IMG/VR virus record: IMGVR_UViG_3300045988_167653
Location: 1 to 44,112 of that record
DNA: 44,112 nucleotides
Origin: a virus
Reading direction: 5' to 3' (one strand)
Positions 22,746-30,271 of this stretch are shown piece after piece. Positions within the stretch are counted from its first letter, which is position 1. Each line of letters begins with the position of its first letter. Below the pieces are notes generated by a model. It saw only the letters and a list, made by a program, of their open reading frames with translations. It searched no databases and was not told where the DNA came from. The position numbers were made by a program, and so were the translations under genes.

Positions 22746-23618
22746 ATGGATTGGCAAGATAGGGCTGACGAATTTGAAAGCGAAATGAAAGACCAAATGG
22801 CTGACGAAAACAACACTGAAATCGACGAAAACCTTTCGGACGATGAAGTTGTCGAAGAAACGGAGAAAGTGCCGCAAAACGCAAATCTCGCCGTTCCTGA
22901 CGTGCCGAAAGAAGTTGCCTCGTTTACCGACGTTGCGACTGCTCGTATGCAAGAAGATTTTGTTTCGGGCAAGCGTGATGTAAATGAAACGGGCAAGGAA
23001 ATCGTCCACGCGCTTACTCTTGAAAAGTCCGTTGAAGAAACGCGCGAAAACCGCGACTTTTTGGCGGATATTAAAAAGACAAAGCAAGACGAATTAAAAC
23101 TCAACTTTGAGAATAAGGTACTTGAAGAAGAACGCAAGAAGTTAGAGGCAAAACAAAACAAAGCGGAAGCCTTTTATAAGAGTTTCCGTCCCATTTTGGA
23201 ATTTGACTTTTCCAACTTGCGTAAAGTACAAAAGAAGAGAGTTATTAAAGACGGCGAAAAGGCTGACGATATGCGCCGTTTCCGTCGCAAGGACGGCACG
23301 GAATATGTTTATGAGCGGGAACAACCGAAAACCTATGCGGATAGGTCGTACGGCATACCGCTTATGGTGCTTATGTTGTGTATCTTAACATTGCCCTATT
23401 GCCTTGTTACAATAATTCTTTCGATATTTAACGCTGTAAACGAAGTCTTTATGCAAATAGCGAACTTCGGCAAACCCGCACTTGTGATTTGTTCATCGCT
23501 TGCAATTATGGCGATTATTGGCGTAATTGTCTATGTGATTTTGTTGCTTGTGCAAAACTCTTTCGGCGTAACAATATTCCCCGACAAAGCGGCTCTTGAA
23601 CTTTTGAGCCTTTTATAA
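22746..23618 (+). CDS. Membrane protein: acidic coiled-coil N-terminus, C-terminal TM helices
   Basis: ORF track entry trimmed to the ATG at 22746 (GAGGG SD). The C-terminal IPLMVLMLCILTLPYCLVTIILSIF and LVICSSLAIMAIIGVIVYVILLLV segments are hydrophobic. Confidence 0.65.
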   Translation: MDWQDRADEFESEMKDQMADENNTEIDENLSDDEVVEETEKVPQNANLAVPDVPKEVASFTDVATARMQEDFVSGKRDVNETGKEIVHALTLEKSVEETRENRDFLADIKKTKQDELKLNFENKVLEEERKKLEAKQNKAEAFYKSFRPILEFDFSNLRKVQKKRVIKDGEKADDMRRFRRKDGTEYVYEREQPKTYADRSYGIPLMVLMLCILTLPYCLVTIILSIFNAVNEVFMQIANFGKPALVICSSLAIMAIIGVIVYVILLLVQNSFGVTIFPDKAALELLSLL

Positions 23619-23640
23619 TATTAAAAACGGAGTGTAAACT

Positions 23641-24015
23641 ATGTTAAAAGTAAACTCGGAAAAATTACTTGGTGAAATTGCAAGACTGCAAGGCGAAATT
23701 GCGGATAACGACGTACGTGCTTTCAATGAAGCAAAGGCTATCGGCGAACAGCGCGGTTGGAGCGATGTGCTTGTTGGCGCATTTGCGGATATTCTCTTAA
23801 AGGAAGAAGCGGCATTTGATATTTCGGCGAAAAAGAAAACGCTTGATTATCTTATGCTTTTCGTGGAAGAAGTTGCGGACGAACCCGTGGAAGAAGAGGT
23901 TGTTCCCGCCCCCGCTCCCGCAGAAGAAGTTGCTCCCGAAGTCGTTGAGCAGCCCGTTGTTGCGGAAGCCCCCGTACAAGAACCCGCAGAAGCCCCCTAT
24001 ATTCCCGTCTTTTAA
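23641..24015 (+). CDS. Hypothetical protein with Pro/Glu/Val-rich C-terminus
   Basis: 124 aa ORF with a GGAG SD. Confidence 0.6.
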   Translation: MLKVNSEKLLGEIARLQGEIADNDVRAFNEAKAIGEQRGWSDVLVGAFADILLKEEAAFDISAKKKTLDYLMLFVEEVADEPVEEEVVPAPAPAEEVAPEVVEQPVVAEAPVQEPAEAPYIPVF

Positions 24016-24017
24016 TT

Positions 24018-25097
24018 ATGTCAGACGATGAGGTGCTGAAACAAAAGATTGTCCGAAAGGCTCTTGATAATCGAACATTGCTTATTTTGTCGGTTATTGA
24101 CTTGCTTTTCGGCATTGTTTCAATGTGCCTAACTTCGATTGATTGGCAAATTTGCTCGCTTATTGCAAGTTTGTTGTCTTTCGTGATGATACTTAAAATA
24201 CTTGTAGCGTATCGGAGCGACTTGAAATCAAATGTATCGACACTTATTATAAGCATAGCCGATATATTCACAGGTGCGTTATCGGTGGCACTTGCCGTTT
24301 ATGCACTTAAAGCGATTGTCGTTTTGGTTTCATCACTTAAAGTAACAAAGGTAGCGGTGCAAACAAGCAAGGCGGTTAAACTTATGGAAGCGACTAAACC
24401 TTTCGCGGTCAAAACTCTTCCAAAAGTTGGGGCTATTTTTATAGCATTTTGTGCGACAAATATAAACAAAAAAAGAGGTAAAACTATGGCAAAGGAAAAA
24501 GTTGTCAAGGAAAAGAAAGCAAAAAAGCAAAGTGCTTTTGCAATTTACCTTAAAAACAATCCTAAAACGATATGTGGTATTGTTGCTTCGTTTATCGCAA
24601 GTGCAATGTCAGGCGCAGGTGCTTCGTGTGGGATTGTGTATGGTAACGTGCAAATTCCTTTGTGGGCAAGTATCATAATCGGTGTACTCGTGTTTGGCTT
24701 ACTTATGGCAATTCTTTGTTTGGGTTGTGTGAGTGCGGGTTGGGAAAGCCCCATTATGGTGGCTCTTCGTAAAACCGCAAAGGCTCTCGGTTTCGGCAAG
24801 TCCGTTGACCTTGTAGAGCAGGCGTATGCAGAAGCGGAAGCACAAAAAGCAAATGAAGAAGCACAAGCAATCGCAAAAGCGCAAGCCGACCACGATATGT
24901 ATGAAGCGGAATATCGCCGTGAAGTGGCGGACGGCAACTGCCTTGTATCACTTGATGAGTTTATCGAGCAAAAGAAAGCAGAAGCCGAACAAAGACAGCA
25001 AGAACAGGCAAAACTCGAACTTCTTAACGAGTTCCGTGCCGCTGTTGCAAACGGTGCATTTATCGGCAGTTTCGACGATTTTTGCGCTAAAAAATAA
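24018..25097 (+). CDS. Multi-pass membrane protein with C-terminal charged coiled coil
   Basis: 359 aa with at least 5 hydrophobic segments. An internal in-frame ATG at 24486 has an AAGAGGT SD, so a shorter isoform or a separate gene is possible. Confidence 0.6.
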   Translation: MSDDEVLKQKIVRKALDNRTLLILSVIDLLFGIVSMCLTSIDWQICSLIASLLSFVMILKILVAYRSDLKSNVSTLIISIADIFTGALSVALAVYALKAIVVLVSSLKVTKVAVQTSKAVKLMEATKPFAVKTLPKVGAIFIAFCATNINKKRGKTMAKEKVVKEKKAKKQSAFAIYLKNNPKTICGIVASFIASAMSGAGASCGIVYGNVQIPLWASIIIGVLVFGLLMAILCLGCVSAGWESPIMVALRKTAKALGFGKSVDLVEQAYAEAEAQKANEEAQAIAKAQADHDMYEAEYRREVADGNCLVSLDEFIEQKKAEAEQRQQEQAKLELLNEFRAAVANGAFIGSFDDFCAKK

Positions 25098-25112
25098 CAA
25101 AACACAAAGGGT

Positions 25113-25196
25113 ATGAAAATGAAACTCTATAAGATTATGAGTGGATTGTTCATACTCTTAATTTTATGCTTATTGATTGCATATCACGAATTGTAG
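25113..25196 (+). CDS. Single-TM micro-protein, 27 aa
   Basis: Hand translation: MKMKLYKIMSGLFILLILCLLIAYHEL, TAG 25194-25196. AAGGG lies upstream. Confidence 0.35.
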   Translation: MKMKLYKIMSGLFILLILCLLIAYHEL

Positions 25197-25207
25197 GGGG
25201 ATAGGAA

Positions 25208-25813
25208 ATGAACAAAAATGTTATCCGTGCGATGATATACCTTGTGTGCGTTTATCTTTGTGCGTGGTATGTTTTGAAATTTTCCTTTCCCGAACAATTT
25301 GTGCTTAAAATAAACAATCCGAGCATTATAAAATTCGGTCAATATGTTGATAGCCATATCGCGCTTAAACGGTTTTTGAACACGATAACGGCATTTATCA
25401 CTTATTGGCTTTTTTTATGCGCTGTAACGCATAGCCCATACCTTTCCGCTCCGTGGTGTCTAATTTTAATTAGCAATATTCTTATAAGTTTTGCGATTGA
25501 TGTAATAGATACAAACATATCCGCATATTATAGTTTATTGAGTATGGTTGCGCTCGGCGCAATATGGAATTGCAAGGCAAGAGATGTCGGCGTTGTGATT
25601 ATCGTCCACTCGGTATCTCAACTGTTGTCCTTGTCAATCCGTGGGCTTTCGCAATATATAGTAAGTACCGACTATGCAACTTTTCTTTTAATGACAAGCG
25701 AATGTTATTTTTGGCTCTTACTATTATATTTATATTACAATTATGAGGAGGTAGTGGAAAATGGGAGTAGGTTGCCCGCCGTTTTACGGCAAAGACGAAA
25801 AGTTTTACATTGA
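25208..25813 (+). CDS. Multi-pass membrane protein
   Basis: 201 aa with 5-6 hydrophobic segments. Its 3' end overlaps the SD-preceded ORF 25761-25925. Confidence 0.6.
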   Translation: MNKNVIRAMIYLVCVYLCAWYVLKFSFPEQFVLKINNPSIIKFGQYVDSHIALKRFLNTITAFITYWLFLCAVTHSPYLSAPWCLILISNILISFAIDVIDTNISAYYSLLSMVALGAIWNCKARDVGVVIIVHSVSQLLSLSIRGLSQYIVSTDYATFLLMTSECYFWLLLLYLYYNYEEVVENGSRLPAVLRQRRKVLH

Positions 25814-25925
25814 TGAGGCTCTTGACAAGATTGAAATCTTAAAAGAACGTTTCCCCGACGCAATCGACGACTTGTTGTATGTTGCCGAGTGCATTAAGCA
25901 CTTGTCCGATGACACCGAAGAATAA
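25761..25925 (+). CDS. Hypothetical acidic small protein, 54 aa
   Basis: Hand translation: MGVGCPPFYGKDEKFYIDEALDKIEILKERFPDAIDDLLYVAECIKHLSDDTEE. A strong GAGGAGG SD lies 9 nt upstream. Confidence 0.5.
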   Translation: MGVGCPPFYGKDEKFYIDEALDKIEILKERFPDAIDDLLYVAECIKHLSDDTEE

Positions 25926-26499
25926 GTTACAAGTTAAACTATTCTTTAAGCGAAAACTCTGGCAATATCTTCTTGTCGTTGGCTCGGTGGCACTTTGTTG
26001 CTATTTGACGGGAAAATGGTTTGAGGGTATTGCCTTTTGCTTTGCTCATTGTGTGCTTCGGTATCAATTTGCCTATCAATATCATAGTAAGTCGTTTTGT
26101 ATGCAGTTGACGAACTTTATAATATGGACGGCAATCCCGACTTCGCAAACAATCTTTGTCAGCCTTTTGTTTTCTATCCCCCTTGCTTTTTTAGTGTGTT
26201 GGATAGGGAATGAAGAACAAGCAAAGATAGAGGCACTTGCAAGGTATCGGAAACTCAATAAAGAGTATCAAGGGCTTTTGGACGACATATCAAAGCCAAA
26301 GCCTTTTAGCGTTGAAAATTGCACCCGCGATGAAATGATTGACCGTTGCCGCGAAATCGGTCTAAACGCCGAAAACACGGAACTTGCATTAAAGTTTTTC
26401 GTAGAGCGTATCTCACTTTGGGAAATCGCAAAAGACTTAAACATTGAATATGATAGTGCAAATATGAGAAAAAAGCGGCTTAAAAAGAAGTTGCTATGA
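25879..26499 (+). CDS. Membrane-anchored protein with C-terminal sigma70 region-4-like HTH
   Basis: N-terminal 3-4 TM segments. The C-terminal NTELALKFFVERISLWEIAKDLNIEYDSANMRKKRLKKKL resembles sigma region 4.2. Start is uncertain (ATG 25879 or 25909; neither has an SD). Confidence 0.5.
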   Translation: MLPSALSTCPMTPKNKLQVKLFFKRKLWQYLLVVGSVALCCYLTGKWFEGIAFCFAHCVLRYQFAYQYHSKSFCMQLTNFIIWTAIPTSQTIFVSLLFSIPLAFLVCWIGNEEQAKIEALARYRKLNKEYQGLLDDISKPKPFSVENCTRDEMIDRCREIGLNAENTELALKFFVERISLWEIAKDLNIEYDSANMRKKRLKKKLL

Positions 26500-26518
26500 C
26501 AATTTAATAGGTTTTGTA

Positions 26519-26550
26519 CCCCGTTTGTACCCAACAATCGGGGCTTTTTT
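26519..26550 (+). terminator. Intrinsic terminator
   Basis: CCCCG (26519-26523) pairs with CGGGG (26539-26543), followed by CTTTTTT. Confidence 0.65.
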
Positions 26551-26581
26551 ATGGCAAAATTCGTATAGGGGGAAGTGCAAT

Positions 26582-26734
26582 ATGGCAATCGAACTTTACA
26601 ACGAACTTAATGGATTGCAAGTCGAGTTTACGGCAAAACCCGACACTTCTGCTCATTTCGATTTTTCAACGCTTTATCCGAACGACAAGGAAGAAAACGG
26701 CTCGCCCGTTGTTATTATAATCAAGGAGAAATAA
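26582..26734 (+). CDS. Hypothetical small protein, 50 aa
   Basis: ORF track entry trimmed to the ATG at 26582, with a GGGGGAAG purine run upstream. Confidence 0.5.
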   Translation: MAIELYNELNGLQVEFTAKPDTSAHFDFSTLYPNDKEENGSPVVIIIKEK

Positions 26735-26736
26735 CT

Positions 26737-27090
26737 ATGTATGATTTTTACAATCCTTACCAGCAATTTAATCAACAAATGCAAAGACCGCAACCGCCCG
26801 TCCAACAGCCTACCACAAACAAGATTGTCGTTAGCGGCATAGACGAAGTTCGGCAAAGGCAACAGCCCTATAACAGCGATATTCTATATCTTGATAACGA
26901 TAAACCGATTATCTATGAGAAGAAAGTTGACGGCGTAGGGCAATTTGACGTCAAAATCTTTGCTATAACCGAAAAAACGGGCGAGGTCGATACGAAACCC
27001 GAATACGCATTAAAAAGCGATTTGACGGCTATTATGGACGAAATAAAGGCATTAAAGGAGAAAGTCAATGAACCCACTCAATACGTCTAA
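26737..27090 (+). CDS. Hypothetical protein with Gln/Pro-rich N-terminus
   Basis: 117 aa with an AAGGAGA SD. N-terminus reads YNPYQQFNQQMQRPQPPVQQP. Confidence 0.6.
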   Translation: MYDFYNPYQQFNQQMQRPQPPVQQPTTNKIVVSGIDEVRQRQQPYNSDILYLDNDKPIIYEKKVDGVGQFDVKIFAITEKTGEVDTKPEYALKSDLTAIMDEIKALKEKVNEPTQYV

Positions 27091-27286
27091 TGGTTTACCG
27101 CCGCAAATTATGCAAAATATTCAGCAAGTTAAGCGAATTATGCAAATGGGCGATTTTAGGCAAAACCCGCAAATACAACAAGTTATGCAAATGTGTAGGG
27201 GACAAAACCCGAAACTTGTTTTTGAAACAATGTGTAAACAAATGGGGATAAACCCGAATGATATTATAAATGCACTAAAAGGATAG
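27068..27286 (+). CDS. Hypothetical Gln/Met-rich small protein
   Basis: 72 aa with a GGAGAA SD. Overlaps the previous gene by 23 nt. Confidence 0.5.
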   Translation: MNPLNTSNGLPPQIMQNIQQVKRIMQMGDFRQNPQIQQVMQMCRGQNPKLVFETMCKQMGINPNDIINALKG

Positions 27287-27345
27287 AATACTCGACCGAG
27301 CGTACGGCGGTTGTGTAAATAAAATACAAAAAGGAGAAACAAAAA

Positions 27346-27951
27346 ATGGAAAGTGGTATTCAACCAGTAATGAATATGAACCCCGTCGGTGGCGACGGAA
27401 TGTTTGGCGGCGGAGATAATGCGATTTGGCTTTTCGCTCTTTTGATTTTGTTCGGAATGGGCGGCTTTGGCGGCTATGGCTACGGAAGAGGTGTTGATGG
27501 CAGGTGCGCCACGGTCGAGGACTTAAACAACTCGGCAAACTTTACTCGCCTTGAAAGTCAAGTTATGAACAACGGCAACCGCATTGAAAACAAGGCGGAC
27601 GCGGTGTATAGCGGCATTTGCAATCTCGGTTACGAAATGGCGCAACAGTTCAATTCGACCAACTCAAAACTTGCGGAATGTTGCTGCGAGAACCGTTTGG
27701 CAATCGCCAACACGAACGCACATCTCGACCAAATCAATGCGGCAATCAATGCAAACACGACTGCTCAAACCCAAAAAGTGCTTGACGCTATTGCACAGAA
27801 CAAAATTGAAGCGTTGCAAGGTCGCATTAACCAACTTGAATTGCAACAGGCAGTGTCGGGTGTCGTGAGATACCCCTCGACCTTTACGTATTCGGCAGGT
27901 CAGTCGCCGTTTTGCGGGGGCTATTGCGGGTGTGGCAACAATTTGGTTTAA
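27346..27951 (+). CDS. Gly-rich N-terminus / single-TM / coiled-coil protein with Cys-rich C-terminus
   Basis: 201 aa with an AAAGGAGA SD. Contains AIWLFALLILFGMGGFGGYGYGRG, a CCC motif, and a C-terminal FCGGYCGCGNNLV. Confidence 0.65.
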   Translation: MESGIQPVMNMNPVGGDGMFGGGDNAIWLFALLILFGMGGFGGYGYGRGVDGRCATVEDLNNSANFTRLESQVMNNGNRIENKADAVYSGICNLGYEMAQQFNSTNSKLAECCCENRLAIANTNAHLDQINAAINANTTAQTQKVLDAIAQNKIEALQGRINQLELQQAVSGVVRYPSTFTYSAGQSPFCGGYCGCGNNLV

Positions 27952-28049
27952 TGCTTTAACCAACTAAATCACTTTACGCTTGATAGCGTTCCTTGACAAC
28001 GGGGGGAGCGACTATGCTCCCCTTTAACTTACAACAGGAGATTTTTATT

Positions 28050-28499
28050 ATGGCTAATAATCAATATTGTAAAAGCACTTTAAGTGCATACAACAACACA
28101 AGCACGGCTCTTGCCAGCGGCGCACTTATGCCTATCAACAACAATGCACGTATTACAGGCTGCTCGATTTCTCACGTCAGCGGTAGCAATGCGATTAGGC
28201 TCTTGAAAAAAGGCTTGTATTTGGTGGCGTTCAGTGCCTCTGGCTCTTTCACGACAACGGCGGGCGATGTCAGCCTGCAACTTTATCGCAATGGCGTGGC
28301 TGTCCCCACTGGTATAGTAACTCAAACCCCTACGGCAGCAACGGACATTGAAAGTTTTTCAACGGCGACCATAGTGGAAGTTAAGGACGCTTGCCCTTGC
28401 GCAGGTACAGGCACTCAATCAATCGACCTTACCTTTGCCAACACGGGCGTCGCGGCGACTTACACTTACTTTAATGTGTCGGTAGTGAAACTCGCGTAA
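28050..28499 (+). CDS. BclA C-terminal-domain-like (C1q/TNF-like jelly roll) protein, putative
   Basis: 149 aa from the ATG at 28050 (CAGGAG SD). The pattern KKGLYLVAFSASG...LQLYRNGVAVP...VEV...NVSVVKLA recalls the Bacillus BclA C-terminal domain. There is no collagen repeat. This rests on memory, not on a search. Confidence 0.4.
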   Translation: MANNQYCKSTLSAYNNTSTALASGALMPINNNARITGCSISHVSGSNAIRLLKKGLYLVAFSASGSFTTTAGDVSLQLYRNGVAVPTGIVTQTPTAATDIESFSTATIVEVKDACPCAGTGTQSIDLTFANTGVAATYTYFNVSVVKLA

Positions 28500-28690
28500 T
28501 GAATACTCTTTTCGGCGAATTTGGCATTGTTGATATTCTTGTAGTGCTTAACTATCTTGAAACAAGGAAAACAAATAAGAACTTAAAGCGATTACAACGA
28601 TTGCAAATATACGCCCAAGTTTTCGGAGATGACGAATTACACGAAATCTTAAAGGAAATACAAGGATGGAAGAAAAACTCTATGAAGTAA
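28499..28690 (+). CDS. Hypothetical small protein
   Basis: 63 aa, coupled to the previous gene by a TAATG overlap. Confidence 0.5.
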   Translation: MNTLFGEFGIVDILVVLNYLETRKTNKNLKRLQRLQIYAQVFGDDELHEILKEIQGWKKNSMK

Positions 28691-28866
28691 AAGTAGCAAT
28701 TATTGATAGGATAACCAAAGCGGTTAGCGACACATCGGCGAAAATTTTACCCGCCGACTTAAAAACTCTTGCAATCATTGTCTTGCTTTTGTCCATTCAA
28801 AAGGGCGATGAAAAGTACGCCGATTTGATTGCTAAATTCATTACTCAAATACACACGGATATATAA
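28666..28866 (+). CDS. Hypothetical small protein
   Basis: 66 aa ORF overlapping the previous ORF by 25 nt. Confidence 0.45.
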   Translation: MEEKLYEVKVAIIDRITKAVSDTSAKILPADLKTLAIIVLLLSIQKGDEKYADLIAKFITQIHTDI

Positions 28867-28868
28867 TT

Positions 28869-29192
28869 ATGGAAGAACTCGAAAAAATCTATGATTATGT
28901 GGAAGAAGAACTTGCCGACGCTGAAAAATATGCGAAGTGCGCGGCAAAGTCAAAACTTGTAGGGGACACCGATAAACTATCTATCGCAACTAAACTTTCC
29001 GAAGCCGAACTTGAACACGCAAGTATTTGGTACGACTTTATGAGAAATAAAGCGAAAGCAATGCGGTCAATGTACGAAAGCAAAACAGAGCCTATGCCCG
29101 AATACATTGAAATGCGTATTACCGATATGACTGATTACTATATGGAAAAGTCGGCGAAAGTTAGGTATATGCTTGATAGCAACAGGAGATAA
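28869..29192 (+). CDS. Hypothetical helical protein (ferritin-like/CotF-like pattern, weak)
   Basis: 107 aa. EELADAEKY...EAELEHASIWYDF suggests a four-helix-bundle type protein. Low-confidence function. Confidence 0.5.
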   Translation: MEELEKIYDYVEEELADAEKYAKCAAKSKLVGDTDKLSIATKLSEAELEHASIWYDFMRNKAKAMRSMYESKTEPMPEYIEMRITDMTDYYMEKSAKVRYMLDSNRR

Positions 29193-29202
29193 AGGACAAA
29201 AG

Positions 29203-29236
29203 AAAGGGGATAAGCACTTTGCCTACCCCTTTTCTC
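29203..29236. terminator. Bidirectional terminator between convergent units
   Basis: AAAGGGG (29203-29209) pairs with CCCCTTT (26-32 of the 292xx decade), with T-rich flanks on both strands. Confidence 0.6.
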
Positions 29237-29297
29237 TTTATTCTTGTGTCAAGTCGTCCAACTTATCGAACAATTCGTCAATGTACTTTTTAACCTT

Positions 29298-30071
29298 TTA
29301 TAAGTCGTAATCTTCAATGCTTGGCACGCGCCCTAATATATCCAACTGCTCTTTGGTGTATTCCCGCTCGGTGAAGTTCGCTTTGCCTTGCTTTGTTCGT
29401 TGCTCTTTAAGCCCGTTGAACGCCCATTTTCTTATAGCCAAATAGTCGCTCTTTGCTTTGTAGCCCTTGTAGGCTCGGTATTCTCCAAAAAACTCAATCG
29501 CTTTCTCACCGTCGGTCATTCCGATAAGTGTGTTATACTCTTTTTCTGTAAGCAAAACATTCTTATATTGCCCATACTTGTGTTTTGGAGTGGGCGACGA
29601 CGGCTTGTCCGTCGGGCTTTCTTTTTCTACATTTATGTCTTTTTCTTCTATACTATTCTTATCTAACCTATCCTTACCTAACCTATACTGGGTATCCATT
29701 TGGTATCCATTTGGTATACCAAGCGGTAACTTCTCGGTATAAGCACCGTTTTCCTTGACCTGTAATTGCGCCATTTCTTCGGTGTAATTCGTTGGTTTAT
29801 AGCGGTCGTTCCGTATGTAATTGTTTATTCGCCAATGCTTAATTACCACAACTCCGCTCTCGAACGGAATAATGAAAGCCTTTGCGACAAGCAATCTCAT
29901 ATCGTCATCGGCGCACCCTACCATTCGTTGCAGTTTTTTCGGGTTATTGATAAAACCGTCATCGTCCGCCCGCATTGACAAGTGGAAATACAACGCTTGT
30001 GCCGACAAGGGCATATCAAGAAATGCGTCGCTGTCTATTATTGTTTTTGCAAACATTCTTCTTTCTGCCAT
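29298..30071 (-). CDS. Phage replisome organizer / DnaD-like replication protein
   Basis: 257 aa from the ATG at 30069-30071 (AAAGGAG SD). The N-terminus MFAKTIIDSDAFLDMPLSAQALYFHLSMRADDDGFINNPKK...VIKHWRINN matches the replisome-organizer N-terminal pattern. The C-terminal half is DnaD-like. Confidence 0.8.
   Translation of the reverse strand: MAERRMFAKTIIDSDAFLDMPLSAQALYFHLSMRADDDGFINNPKKLQRMVGCADDDMRLLVAKAFIIPFESGVVVIKHWRINNYIRNDRYKPTNYTEEMAQLQVKENGAYTEKLPLGIPNGYQMDTQYRLGKDRLDKNSIEEKDINVEKESPTDKPSSPTPKHKYGQYKNVLLTEKEYNTLIGMTDGEKAIEFFGEYRAYKGYKAKSDYLAIRKWAFNGLKEQRTKQGKANFTEREYTKEQLDILGRVPSIEDYDL
29664..29720. repeat. Short direct repeats inside the replisome-organizer gene (candidate origin iterons)
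   Basis: GGTATCCATTT at 29691 and 29702, then GGTATACC at 29713. (A/T)ACCTA at 29665, 29675 and 29681. Confidence 0.45.
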
Positions 30072-30090
30072 AGGCAATCTCCTTTTATCC

Positions 30091-30142
30091 AATAAAAAAA
30101 CCACTTAAACTTCCCTTAATGTGATGGATAGGGTTGTTTAAG
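30091..30142 (-). terminator. Terminator-like hairpin plus U7 in the 5' leader of the DnaD-like gene
   Basis: In the minus-strand RNA, CTTAAAC (30142-30136) pairs with GTTTAAG (30110-30104), followed by TGGTTTTTTT. The loop is 25 nt. Confidence 0.4.
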
Positions 30143-30214
30143 CGGTTTTGGATAACCGATATTCAGTTTGCCGATACTCAATGCCATCACCCACCGAATA
30201 CCGATTACAAGTCT

Positions 30215-30243
30215 ATTATATGCTTGCTATATGTGTTTGTCAA
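30215..30243 (-). promoter_or_regulatory. Consensus sigma70 promoter for the DnaD-like gene
   Basis: Minus strand reads TTGACA (30243-30238), 17 nt, then TATAAT (30220-30215). Both hexamers are perfect. Confidence 0.75.
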
Positions 30244-30271
30244 GCGGTTTTTGCAAGAAAGTTAAGAAAAA

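Noticed and set aside
24486-25097. Separate gene starting at internal ATG 24486 (AAGAGGT SD) within 24018-25097
   Set aside because: It is in frame with, and contained in, the longer ORF, so it cannot be distinguished from an internal Met by sequence alone. It is noted in the feature evidence rather than called separately.
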